A stretch of 64,000 nucleotides of DNA from Negaprion brevirostris (GCA_030324005.1 JARDVH010000110.1:56637807-56701806); one strand, 5' to 3'; positions 24,830-37,492 are shown, numbered from the stretch's first letter. Made by a program: numbers and translations. Notes: generated by a model from the sequence alone, not told the origin.

Positions 24830-25650
24830 CACTGTTGAAGCAGCTGAAGATGACTGGGCCTAGGACATTGCCCTGAGGAACTGCTGCAGTGATGTCCTTG
24901 GACTGAAATGATTCGGGGGGATCCTAAACGTGAAGATGGGGCATTTTTCTCGACAAGGACTGTGTTGGTCACTCCTAACAATAATTCCCTGAACAGATGC
25001 ACTCACAACAGGCAGATTGTTGAGGATAGAACACAGAAAAACTACAGCACAAACAGGCCCTTCGGCCCACAAGTTGTGCGTCAATTTGGCGTCAAACCCC
25101 TGGCTGTATAATTAATGAGGTGATTAATTAATTAATAATTATTAATAATTAATTAATAATATTGCAGGTATGTTTCATCAAAAGTGCATTCTAATAAAAT
25201 TGGGAGAGCTATCATGAAAGGCACAACAGTAGCTGTACTAAATCTACAATCCTACTAAATCTACAATTCCACAAGGGCAAGGTCCAGATTTTCCCTCTTG
25301 TTAGTTTCTCACGTGCTGCACATCCATTCTAACAACTATGTGCTTTAGGACTTAACTTGGTCAATAGTGGTGGTACCAAATCTCTCCTGGTGATGGTCAT
25401 TAAGTTCCCCCACCCAGAGTGCATTTGGTGTCCCAGCCAAATTCAATACTGAGTGATGTTCAACATGGAACAGCATTGATTTATCAGTTGAGGGATAACT
25501 GTAGGTGGCCATCAGCAGCAGGTTCCCTTGCCCATGTTTGACCTGATACAATGAGATTTCATTGGGTTCAGAGTCAATGTAGAGAGCTCCAAGGACAACG
25601 CCCTCTTGACAGTGTACCACTGTGCTGCCAGCTCTGGTGGATCTGTTACT
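24830..25650 (-). mobile_element. LINE-F2 apurinic-endonuclease region, interrupted at ~25026-25270
   Basis: Minus ORF EISLYQVKHGQGNLLLMATYSYPS...LWVGELNDHHQE resembles the APE YRPP and GDFN motifs. Confidence 0.75.
25026..25270 (-). mobile_element. CR1 3' stub with complex locally templated 5' junction
   Basis: CR1 tail at 25026-25079, then a direct copy of 24390-24431, AT filler, an inverted copy of 24597-24672 and a 17-bp tandem duplication. Confidence 0.85.
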
Positions 25651-26730
25651 GTAGTTAAATTTGTACCACATTAAAAAGGAACAGCGACTGCCATGTTACC
25701 GCCATTCATTCTGATGGGATTTTCCCATCCCGCTGCAGTGAGTGGAGATTTGGCTTGGTGCCAGTTTCTCCGAGCCCGCTGCAGCAGACATGTGGCGTGA
25801 ACGGCAGGTAAGATCGCACCCAACATGTTTTAAACGATCAAGTAGATTGTTTTTCTGGCTAATTAGGCTAAGACAGATTCATTGATAGAAATGTTGAAAC
25901 ATTGTCGGAGTGGGAATGGAAGTGGGATGGAAAACCAAAAATCAAATGGTCACAATAACATGACATATGGTTTGTGAATACAGCTGCTACTGCAATCATG
26001 AGCCCTTGCTCCCTCAATTACCGCATTCATTACAAGTTTCATGTTGTCAGGAAATGTCAATTCTCACTGTCTTGTTTTGAGTCCTGCATTGTAAACCACT
26101 GCTTAACATTGTGCAGATAATCAAGAGTCAAAAAGTGACAGCTGGCAAACAGAGGGCCAGATGCCCGCTATTTAATGATGCCCTGTAGCATTGCCAACAT
26201 TGAGAAAGGGAAAGATTGGGCTTGTTGATAGCCATTTTAAACAAGGCAGGGATCATCATATTAGACAGACATGTGCTGCAAAAAATATTTGATTACAATA
26301 GCATAAATTTCATACTGCAAGTAGAATACAGTTAGATACACAGGATACCAGAGAAGGAAAAATTGCAAAAGCGTTTTTTTCTCTATTCTTTTTCTTTTAC
26401 GGTTTGTAATTTTTGTGTTTTGTGCTCAGGACTACCTATGGTGTACGGAAGCATGATAAGGATGTTTTGGAGAGGTTGTTGGGCAGGAAATGATTTCCAC
26501 TGTGTCGAGGTTGGAGTTGTGTATGAACAGTAGGTGCTGCATGACAATCAATCAATGTGTGTACATTGGGCTCATCATTCTGTGCTGAGTTCCTAAAGTT
26601 CACAAGGATTGTATAATACGTTGCTTATGGACAAATTGCTAAGTTTGCACTGGAAAAATGCAAATAGGGTGCCAGGAAGGAAATTCTGACCAATTATGAC
26701 ACAGCAATTTTGACTAATTATGACACACCA

Positions 26731-26847
26731 AGGGGACATGATGGTCCAGTGATACTATCGCTGGACTATTAACCCAGAAACTCAGCGAATGTTCTGGGGA
26801 CCTGGGTTCGAATCCTGCCATGACAGATGGTGGAATTTGAATTCTTC
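26731..26847 (+). mobile_element. SINE family 2 head (runs into a gap)
   Basis: gatggtccagtgatactatcgctggactattaacccag...gggttcgaatcc. Confidence 0.85.
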
Positions 26848-26947
26848 NNNNNNNNNNNNNNNNNNNNNNNNNNNNNNNNNNNNNNNNNNNNNNNNNNNNN
26901 NNNNNNNNNNNNNNNNNNNNNNNNNNNNNNNNNNNNNNNNNNNNNNN

Positions 26948-27085
26948 TAAGTAATAGTCCTTCCTACCATTATTCCTACCAAAGTGGACCACCTCGCACT
27001 TGCCAACATGAAATTCCATTTGCCAGTTCCTGGCCCATTCGCCCAGCCTATCTAGATCCTTCTGCAGACTTTCCACACCCACATA
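26948..27085 (-). mobile_element. CR1 RT fragment
   Basis: LQKDLDRLGEWARNWQMEFHVGKCEVVHFGRNN. Confidence 0.9.
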
Positions 27086-28169
27086 ATTTACATGAACTTG
27101 TATCCACATTCCCACAGTGCAATGGGGCTGTACTTTTGTTGCAACTGGCATTGTTCATAGTGCTTCACTAGACTCTTAATGTTGGCATCAATGCCAGGCT
27201 ATCAAATATAACTCCTAGTGGACATTTTCATCACTGATATACCTGAGTAGGCGCTATGCAGTTCAGCCAATTGCAACACCTTTCCTGGTGCAGGGACAAC
27301 TACACTTGCTCTTAAAGTATGATGCCGTCTATGCAACTTAATTCATCCTTTCATATATAATATGGCTTAATCTCTCTTCAGAGTGGCTCCGAATTCACAG
27401 CGCTCTGTGATCTGTCTCAGCTTGGTAATATAGGTTGCAATGATCTCCCCTGTGGCTCTGCCCATTGAATTAAACTTAAACTATTGCAGGATGACTAAGG
27501 GCTTTGGATGATAATGTGCCTTCACCAACTATACAATATAACTACAATAATGAGATTTTGCAGCCTTCTGCTAGTCAGCTTCCAGGTTACCACGCCATGT
27601 GACCCTCTCTGCAGTTTGACCCTTAAAGGGGACAAACAGAATGGTCATGACGACTAATTATATTCTTTTCTGAAATGAGATCTATAGAAATTTGGATCTT
27701 AAAAAGTGCCAGAAATCCAAACTATTGGCGGTAAGTTGGTGTCTCACAATCATGGAAACACACCACATGTTTAAGAATCCTCAAACTAAGCTGCTGAGTA
27801 ATCCAGACAGGTAGAGTTTCTGGTTGCTTAATGTGAACCATTAAACTCTCCACGTTTAGGGGCACACCCCATGCTCCCAAGTATTGAGTGTTCAGATGAA
27901 GTTTAACCAAAAAAATAAAGTTTAGGGACCCCAAGTGTGGAAAGGATTAAGGCTGGAATATCATCCACTCACTAGCACGAGCCTAAGCCTCCTGTCCATA
28001 GACAGAACCATCCTATCCATTAAGGCATTGGCTGGCATGATTATCGAAGTAGGAAAAATCGCAGCCTCATTGACAAGTCTAACCCACCATGTGCCATGAA
28101 CTGAGATCACTGGGGTTTTATGGTGGCCCCTGCCTTGCTTGGGTAGCAGGTTATCATGTCTTTAAAAAA

Positions 28170-28457
28170 AGTTTATTTATTAGTCACAAGTAAGCTTACA
28201 TTAACACTGCAATGAAATTACTATGAAAATCCCCTATTCTTCACACTCCGGCGCGTGTTCAGGTACACTGAGGGAGAATTTAGCATGGACCATGCACCGA
28301 ACCAGCACATCTTTTGGACTGTGGGAGGAAACCGAAACACCCGGAGGAAACCCACGCAGACTTGAGGAGAAGGTGCAGACTCTGCACAGACAAAGACCCA
28401 AGCTGGGAATCGAACCCGGGTCCCTGGCACTGTGAGGCTAACCACTGTACCACCCCA
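28170..28457 (-). mobile_element. HE1-like SINE, type B tail
   Basis: gtttatttattagtcacaagtaagcttacattaacactgcaatgaa on the plus strand, joined to the HE1-like body and head. Confidence 0.9.
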
Positions 28458-28976
28458 GTACAGACACTCATCTTTCATTCAGCTTCTGCTTTGAGGAAGT
28501 CACACAGTGCTGGTGTTGCGAAACATTGTGATGACACTCTTGTGGAATAAGAGTGCATGACATAGGGGTATCATGCAATAAAGGGAGAGAAAATAACAAC
28601 ATCATCTCATGCATGTTCACACCATGGATTGAATTAACTATGCATTTCTGCTCATGTTCTGGGAAAACAAAACACAGGGGCAAGCATATACGAATACATT
28701 ATTTAAACTTCATCTATTTTTTATGTATCAAACATTCAACAGAAAACATTCAGGAATACACCCTCTGACGTTGTGCAACATGGCGGTCAGAGTCTACTCA
28801 GTTTGTATCCAACAGGAAATAAGATAGGACAGCCCAAAGCACAGAGGTTTTACTGTTGATATACTGGATAATGCAATGCCTAACATTTCTTCACATACCA
28901 CATTAATAGCAACGTACAACAAATTAAAATACATGCCCTAACTTATCGATTAAAATAGTGTTCAAGGTACTCAGCT

Positions 28977-29278
28977 AGCACGGTGGCACAGTGACTAGCG
29001 CTGCTGCTTCATAGTGCCAGGGACCCGGGTCCAATTCCTGGCTTGGGTCACTGTCTGTTTGAAGTTTGCACGTTCTCCCCATGTCAATGTGGGTTTCCTC
29101 CGGGTGCTCCGGTTTCCTCACACACTCCAAAGATGTGCAGGTTAGGTGGATTGACCATGCTAAATCCTCTCTCAGTTTACCTGAGCAGGTGTCGGAGTAT
29201 GGCGACTGGGAAATTTTCACAGTAATTTCATTGCAGTGTTGATGTAAGCCTACTTGTGACAATAACAAATAAACTTAG
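28977..29278 (+). mobile_element. HE1-like SINE, type B tail
   Basis: gcacggtggcacagtg...ttcattgcagtgttgatgtaagcctacttgtgacaataacaaataaactt. Confidence 0.92.
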
Positions 29279-31889
29279 AACTTCACCTAAGCAAATTAAC
29301 TACTTGGCTGCAAGAGAGACTGAAGCTTTTTAGTCCAAAAAAAAGAAATATGAGCATTATTTCCATGCCTAAGACTTACAATATAACTCAAGCTCAACAA
29401 GAAAGCTGCATTCATCTTTACAGGTTGAAAGAAGAACAAATTATTTTACTCAAATTCAGTTTTTTTTTAGATAAATGTCAGCTACTAAACAATTCCATCC
29501 CACCTTCAGGTAGAAGTGTTTAGCCCAGCTGTCAGCCCACGGAGTTCCATAGTTCCAAAACTGACCTCGTGGGGATGAGAATCTTGAGTGAACAAATTGT
29601 GGCTTTCTGAAATAGATTTGAATTTCTCCTATTTTAAAGTCATATATTACGAGGCACTAAGAATGGTAATCCTCAGATTAGGGACATAATGGAGTCTATT
29701 GGGATTCAGTAAACAAGACACGAGCTTTTCAATTAGTAACAATCTGTTGGTGTACACACCAGTTGGTGTATTAGGAGAGCATTTCAGCATTTATCTCGGT
29801 GTAGCTGCCTGTTAACGGACTTTGTGCCTGTGCTATTTAATAGCCTACAGCCAGCAGCACTCCCAAAGGAAGGAAAATGGAAGCCTGCACAGAAAATCCT
29901 CCTGCCTTCAAAAGAAATGAAAACCTTGGACGTAAAAAAACAATCCTTGCGATTGTAATCTTGAGAAAACTATATGAAACAATTTGACTCACAGTACATG
30001 CCTTGTTGTTATTTAGTAATTAGAATACGTTTGCTTTTGCACGTTATTGCAAACACAGAACTTTTCAATATGGCTGACAAAATAAGAAACGCGTTCAAAC
30101 AGTGTCATCTTTAATATTTTGTTCCCGTATCTGTTATAAACGTAATATGTCCCATAAACTGTTCCCTTCCGGCCCAGTGGCTTAGTGATTAAAAGTAGTA
30201 CAGAGAGCAATACAGACAAAGTGGAATCTGAGATTCTATCAGCACTATGTGTCCAGGCCCAGTCTGTACATATTATGGTTCCTGCATTCCTCAGCATCAA
30301 TTACATGTACATGGTACAAATTAATTCAGAACTGTGAGGCTTTTGCTTATCTTAATGTCAGCTTCCTTATCTGAAGTGCACACAGCAGGGAAAATGAAAC
30401 CATTCACTCAAATGTTATATAGGTGCCTTGAGCACATCTGTTTCAATTCCTGCATATACACCTGCAGAAGCACAATTGCTTACTCACATCCTCTACTGGG
30501 AAGCTTGTGTTTAATTGTTACCTGCGCAAGCACGCCGTCAACTGGATAATCAGTCGATCCAGAATAATTTGTCTGCTGATTCTTCAGAGCAGGGCCAATC
30601 CGTAAAAGATGTTTAGCATCATGGATGGATTAATCATCCATCGGCTTACGATGCACATTCCTGTTTAAATACTGGATCTTTCCTTGCTCAAACAGCACAC
30701 AACACAAGAACACTTAGAACCAAGAAGATTTACCAACAGGAGGGAGAAGTCATTTTGTCCATTTTGTGCACTGGCATTGAATAAAATTTGCTCCCATTGT
30801 CAGCTTTATACTGCATGTGGGTGTCTGACTGTAGTTATCACAACAACCTTTACTCCAAAGAAGTATTTCAGTCTCAGACTTGTCCAAATTGATGTTCATC
30901 CATAAGCTCTGGTCAAATGACCACAGTTGTGAGTATCTTTTATTCCCTTAATCCCACAGTATAATATTAACCCACAATGAATCTCAAAGAAGAATTGACA
31001 TGCACGCACCCAGCATATGGCCATCAACTTGGAATGCCAGTCTTTGCCAAGACTCAAACTGTGACTATGGAGGTGTAAGACAAGCACCCTACTGCAACAC
31101 TGCCAGCTTGCCATCACTTTCACAACCTTGTTTTGAAATCAGATGATGGAATTAAGTAAGTCTTACTTGCTGCAGCACTTTTGATAATATATAATTTAGC
31201 TTCAATTATGAGATATCTTAATGTAACTTTTATTTTAATGATTAGACTCATTAGGAGAAGAGTCAAGTGGTTCAAATGAGATGCTTTTAAAAGCAAACTG
31301 TTAAGTAATGGAGGGAATTTACTAATAGCGTGAGCACAGCTGGTATAGGCTGGGCAGTTAATCAGATAATCTCTCTTTTCCTGAGGCTTTTTATAAAGCT
31401 CAATTTAAATCTATACAAAATTAAAAGTACATTGCNNNNNNNNNNGTGCTTCTCTTGCTTTTTTTTTGTGACTGTCTTTTTTTTTCTCCCTTCTGTGATA
31501 CACTAGACAACACACATATTGACAAAATGACTCAATGGTCTAAGCCTGAAAGGGATCAGTGAAATTCAGAACGAAACAGGTGGACTGGAAAATGGTACAC
31601 GTTGTCAGGAATCAAATTTACTGCAGCCTCTTAAAAAGAAACTGAACAGCTGTTTTGCCTAAAAGCTGTTTAGATATTTACTGCAGTTACAGAATGTGGC
31701 AGAACAGCATGTAAGATTCTAGCCGGAACAGGAAAGTGTTGCAGATGACTCTGGGTGAAATTAGAAAAGATGATAGTCGTAAGCCCGGCATGAGAGGTCA
31801 ACTCATTCTGTGTCCGTGGAAATATTTACGGGATACAAGTTTTCTCATACATGGTCATGCATGATACAANNNNNNNNNNNNNNNGGAAA

Positions 31890-32355
31890 GGTGAGAAGAG
31901 AGTGAGGGAAAACTGAGGTGTGAGTGAAGTCAGCTCAAAGCATGCTTGCAAAGATTTGAGGCAACCTTTCACAGTTGGAAAAGACATGGCAAGAAGGTGG
32001 CGCACTCTGGAGGACATTCAGGAGTCTGGTTTAGCAATCATTGTGAGCTGCACCATCACATTGTACAGCAAAAAAGAATAGATTTAAATGAACTGAAGTT
32101 GCGAGCTTTGACATAGAGCTGAAGAAGGTTGCACAGGTAGGTGGAGCAAGAATTTNNNNNNNNNNCCTGGGGAATGGGAATCAATGGAGGCTGTCTGAGG
32201 ACTAGGTTCATATTACTTCAGGCTAATGCTGCTCATTTGTGCTAGCTGTGGAAGGGACTGCCATTCGTGAATCAATCAACAGATGATATTCAACACAGAA
32301 GTGAAATATACCCTGGGCGCTGTCCATCATCTCCTGAGATGGACCGATGTCTATA
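31890..32355 (+). mobile_element. Old RTE-clade LINE 3' end
   Basis: LICASCGRDCHS*I at ~32232 matches the RTE C-terminal CxxC...SRIGLxSH motif; upstream QLKACL...SW...WR-like remnants. Confidence 0.6.
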
Positions 32356-32519
32356 TATCACTGGGATATGAAGTTGGTATCAGAGCTCTGTAGGAGTTGT
32401 ACCGAGGGATAATTGGGGTTTGACAGGTTGATTAGTAGGTGATTGTTGAACTNNNNNNNNNNNNNNNNNNNNNNNNNNNNNNNNNNNNNNNNNNNNNNNN
32501 NNNNNNNNNNNNNNNNNNN

Positions 32520-32602
32520 CCATGATCTTATTGAATGGTGGGGCAGGCTCGAAGGGCTAGATGGCCTACTCCTGCTCCGATTTCTTATGTTCTTATGTTC
32601 TT
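32520..32602 (+). mobile_element. CR1 3' tail
   Basis: attgaatggtggggcaggctcgaagggctagatggcctactcctgctcc followed by (ttcttatg)n. Confidence 0.85.
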
Positions 32603-33259
32603 CAATGCAAAATTGCTTCCCACTTATAACTAAGTATGTGCTAATGCCCATCAAGGTAAAGTTGGATGGGTAGTTTTGTATTATCATGGGCACTTGGAAA
32701 CTGCTATCATGACCAAGAACCAGCACGCAAATGAAGAATTTTGGGGTTGATCGGAGCTAACTGTGGGATTAGGAGGAGGAACCACATCAGAAAATGTTTT
32801 AGGGACATTTGCAGAGATCTATTGAAGAAGAAGATGGAGGGGATTAAATAATTGACTATGCCAGATCAGGGGGAAGTTAATGAATAAGGAAGGCTTGCAC
32901 AACAAAATGAAAATCACACAGGGAGTTGGGGCCAACAAAATAAGATTAGTTTTGGAGATAAATCTCAGTGCACTTTGAGAATTAGAGAAAAGGTAAAGCC
33001 AGGAGTTTTGTGCATCTAAATTTACCCTCTACAATAATCTTCGATAACTGTATGGAACTAGATTTTTAGCAACTAAAGGGAAAGTTGAAACGGTTTGAGT
33101 TGGCAATAATTCATGTTTTGAGCTCATGCTTGTGAATCTTGGACTTTAGATCATAAAAGTTGATGTGGACCAGGGGAGCAGCAGACAAGGGAAATTATGA
33201 AGTACTCGTAAGGATTAAGTGCATAGCATTTAACAACTGTGCTGATGTTGTTGTGGGCA

Positions 33260-34550
33260 GACATAAGAACATTTGAAATGGGAGCCAGAGAAGGCTATTT
33301 GGTCCCTTCGGATTGCTTTCCTATTTCCATAAAATCATGGCTGATGTGAACTCAATTCCACTTTCCTGCCTATTCCCCATAACCTTTGACTCCTTATTTG
33401 ATCAAAACTCAAACAGCTTTGAATCTAATCACTGACCCAGCCTTATTGGCTCCCTGGGGTAGAGAATTCCAAAGATTAACAACCCTCTGAGAGAAGAAAT
33501 TCCTTCTCATCTCTGCCTTAAATGGGATACCTCTTAATTTGAAACAATATACCCTGGTTCTGAATTCCTCTATGAGGGGAAACATCTTTCCAGCATTGAC
33601 GCTATCAAGCCTTCTCAGAATCTTCCATGATTTAATGAGATCACCTTCCATTGGGAATGGGCCCAGCTTGCTCAGCATTGCCTTATNNNNNNNNNNNNNN
33701 NNNNNNNNNNNNNNNNNNNNNNNNNNNNNNNNNNNNNNNNNNNNNNNNNNNNNNNNNNNNNNNNNNNNNNNNNNNNNNNNNNNNNNCTCAGCATTGCCAT
33801 ATAACATAATCCCTTCATCCCAGGAATTAACCCAGTGAATGAACTACCTCCAAAGCAATATATCGTCCTTAAATAAGGAGACCAAGACTATTCTAGTTGT
33901 AGTCTCACCAATGCTATATACAGTTGTAACAAGGCTTACCTATCTTTATATAAATAGCCTTTTATGTAGCAACTTACTGAATGCCTTTTGGAAATCCAGA
34001 TGCACTACATCTACTGCTTCCCCTTTGTTCACCCTGCTTGTTACATCCTCAAATAATGCTAACAAATTAATTAAGCACAACTTTGCTTTCATAAAATGTT
34101 GACTCCGTCTGCTTGTATTATGACTTTCTGATTGCCCTGTACTGTCTCCTCAATAATGAATTCTTATTTCATTCAACTGATAAACATTAGGTTAACTGGT
34201 TTTCTGTCGAATGGTGGTATTATATATTCACTGAACCTTCAAAATCAAGAGAATTTGTTAGATTACAGTCAATGGATCATTATCTTTGCTATCGTCTCTT
34301 AAAATTTTATGATGCCGGGCATCAGGTTGAAGGGGTTTGGCAGCCTTTAGTCACACTGGTTTTCCCAGCACATTTTCCTTTCATAATAATGAGTATTCAA
34401 GGATTTGCCCCCTTGGTTTAAGTATCTTCAACTTGAAGGCTAGTTCTTCAATACTCTGTTGCTCCTTTGTTTATTATTATTATCCCAGTCTCATTCTCTT
34501 TCGGAACCAATGTTTGCTTTAGCTACTCTCCTCTTTCTGGTATACTTGTC
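33260..34550 (-). mobile_element. CR1 LINE fragment with internal deletions
   Basis: GDLIKSWKILRRLDSV...RRNFFSQRVVNLWNSLPQ; the VDVVHLDFQKAF region lies at ~33980-34015. Confidence 0.9.
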
Positions 34551-35451
34551 TGGCTTCTATAAATCCTCACCTCAAGACTGCAGATTAAATTTAATCAAGT
34601 GTTAAATCAATAGGAAGATAAATGTTGATTTATCATCACCTTCTGTCCTGCCCTCATTAAATTTTGAGAGGGCCATTTATAGCCTGCGTTACAGAACAAA
34701 GATGTAAAATCACCAGATTTGTAGCAGTGAACATGTAATTACATAAATTACATGCAATAATGCAATTGACTCTTCAAATCAATATGACATAGTTCGTTGC
34801 ACGCCCAACCATGTTTTGCATATAACAGAAATGTACCGTATATTAATTCTCACCTTTTCCCTGTCTTTGTATCATTTTGCCTTTCTTTGGTATGTTGTCC
34901 TTTTGTGCTCATTACTGTGAAGAATGTCAATACTGAAGAGTGGATTACTGTTCTATTTCTTGCACCAAGTAGCAATTACTCCCACACTGAAGTTGTGCCA
35001 ACACATACCGTGGTGGGAAACGAGACCCGACACTAACGGGTGGAGCAGACGATCACAAACTGGTTTCATGATGAGCTAAAACTTCTCACGACATTTTTTC
35101 TGCTTCCACTCGCATGACCTCACTGCAAACGGGAATGCGAAATCTCGGCCCATGTCTGAAATAGCCTGTTGACCCCTGATAGATTCCAGAGTATGTTATT
35201 AAGAATCTCTCCTGCAGTCTGGAATTTTGCTTGGAGGTGACAGAGTTTCAGTGAGATTGGTAGACTTAGTGTTTGCTGATGGGTGAGTGAGAAATCTGTG
35301 GGATCTGTTTTGGTTGCATCTGCTATTTATTGTGCTGTGTGGTGTGTTTGACCACAGTTAGCTTGTTAATTCACATTGATTTTGTGTTAATGTCAGTGTA
35401 TGAGATAGATATTGTCAATTGTTTTATTTTTCTGACCTTGCATAATAACAT

Positions 35452-36635
35452 TTATCACAGAATCCCTACACTGCAGAAGGTGGACATTTGGCCCATTGGG
35501 TCTGCACCAACTTTCCAACAGAGCATCCCACACAGGACCTATTCCCGTAAACGCACATGTTAGGCTGCTAATCCCCTCAATCCATACATCATGGAACACT
35601 AAGGGGCAATTTAGCATGGCCAATTCACCTAAGCAGTTCATGTTTAAATGCCACAAGATCTGGACAATATCCAGGCTTGGGCTGACAAGTGGCAAGCAGC
35701 ATTTGCGCCACACAAATGCCTAGCAATGACCATCACCCATAAGAGACATTCTAACCACCGCCCCTTGACATTCAATGGTGTAACCATCACTGAATCCCCC
35801 ACTGTTAACATTCTTGGGGTTACCATTGACCAGAAACTCAACTGGAATTACCACATAAACACAGAGGCTACAAGAGCAGGTCAGAGGCCAGGAATACTGC
35901 AGTGAGTAGCTCAACTCCTGACTCCCCAAAGACTGTCCACCAGCTACAAGGCACAACTCATGGACCCCTTGCTTGGATGAGTGCAGCTCCAACAACACTC
36001 AAGAAGCTTGACACCATCCAGGACNNNNNNNNNNNNNNNNNNNNNNNNNNNNNNNNNNNCTTGATTGGCACCATATCTACAAACATTCAATCCCTCCATC
36101 ACCGATGCTCAGTAGCAGCAGTCTGCACTATCTACAAGATGCACTGCAGCCATTCACCAAAGATCCTTAAATAGAACCTTCCAAACCCATGACCACTTCC
36201 ATTTAGAACGACAAGGACAACAGATACATGGGAACACCACCATCTACAAACTCCCCTCCAAGCCACTTACCATCCTGACTTGGAAATACATTGCCGTTCC
36301 TTTGCAGTTACTGGGTCAAAATCTTGGAATTCCCTCCCTAATAGCATTGTGGGTCAACCCAACCCACAGCACATGGACTGCAGTGATTCAAAAAAGCAGC
36401 TCACCACCACTTTCTCAAAGACAACCAGGGATGCGCAATAAATACTGGCCAGTCAGTGACACCCTTGTCTCAAGAATTAATTTTTAAAAAGCTGCACATC
36501 TTTGGACTGTGGAAGAAAACTGGAGCACACAGGAAGAATGTGCAAACTCCACACAGATGGTGACCTGAAGCCAGAATTGAACTTGTGTCTCAGGCACTGT
36601 GAGGCAGCAGTGCTAACCACTGTGCCACTGCATCA
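35452..36635 (-). mobile_element. HE1-like SINE split by a LINE-F2 insertion
   Basis: ggccaattcacctaagc (35635) rejoins tgcacatctttggactgtgg (36493). Confidence 0.88.
35636..36490 (+). mobile_element. LINE-F2 (CR1-group, distinct from the HER1-like CR1), 5'-truncated
   Basis: QDLDNIQAWADKWQAAFAPHKCLAMTI...NILGVTIDQKLNW...RAGQRPGIL, then 3' UTR with aataaatactggcc; candidate TSD aagc. Confidence 0.88.
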
Positions 36636-37307
36636 CCTATATTTACATAAGGACATTTGGTTTGTTCAAAAACTATGGGTTTCTTCATAAATATCTAGGA
36701 TCTCAAACCTTGTCTGCTTAAAACAAGATATTACTGATCCCTAACCAAACTGTACCCAAAGCCTAAGAGTCTGGTCAGAAGAACATCACATGGTTTAACT
36801 GTTTATGTTATAAATTTAATCCAATACTTTTATCTCCCAAGTACCTAGTTAGTAATGAAAACATTCAAGTCACCAACCCACCACCTAACTGCTCACCTAA
36901 TTAATGCTCCTGGGAGCACAGCACTCTGGTCTCTGGCTCTCTTTCTCAGCCTACTGCTTATGTGTAAAGGTCTGAGCACCACCTCCTCCCTCACTGAATT
37001 CCCTCTCCAGCAATGCGTTTCTTTATCCTGACCAAGAGTGAAAGAAACTTAACTTGATCAATAAATTGTAGCTGCGTGCCAAATGCAGACTGGACAAGAT
37101 TACAGCAAGAGATGAACACTTAAAATTGATCCTTAAAATTCCCCTTATCCCTGAATTCACAAGCTCAGGTTTTGTCTCAAGCTACACTCAGTGATTATCT
37201 TTGTGCTTGTTTACTTACAGATTGTGTTTTATAATGCTCATTCATGCAATGTGGATGTTGCTGGCTAAACCAGAATTTATTGCTCACCCACAATTGCCCT
37301 TTACTTT

Positions 37308-37492
37308 TATAGAAATCATAGAAATCCTACAGTGCAGAAGGAGGCCACTCTGCCCATTGAGTTTTCACTGACCACAATCCCACCCAGGCCCTATCACCGT
37401 AACTCCAAGTATTTACCCCGCTCATCCTTCTAACCTATGCATCTCAGGACACCAAGGGGCAAGTTAGCCTGGTCAATGCATCTAACCCGCTC
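37308..37492 (-). mobile_element. HE1-like SINE, 3' half
   Basis: catagaaatcctacagtgcagaaggaggcc...cacaatcccacccaggccctatc. Confidence 0.85.

Larger units (their letters stand above)
35150..36790 (+). mobile_element. Probable solo LTR hosting a SINE and a LINE nest
   Basis: 35150-35450 resembles 4600-4850 and 36650-36790 resembles 7760-7877; ends in tcaca. Confidence 0.4.

Noticed and set aside
30522-30660. Selenoprotein exon (one minus frame is open except for a single TGA)
   Set aside because: There is no selenoprotein motif or SECIS evidence, and a single TGA in 46 codons is expected by chance.
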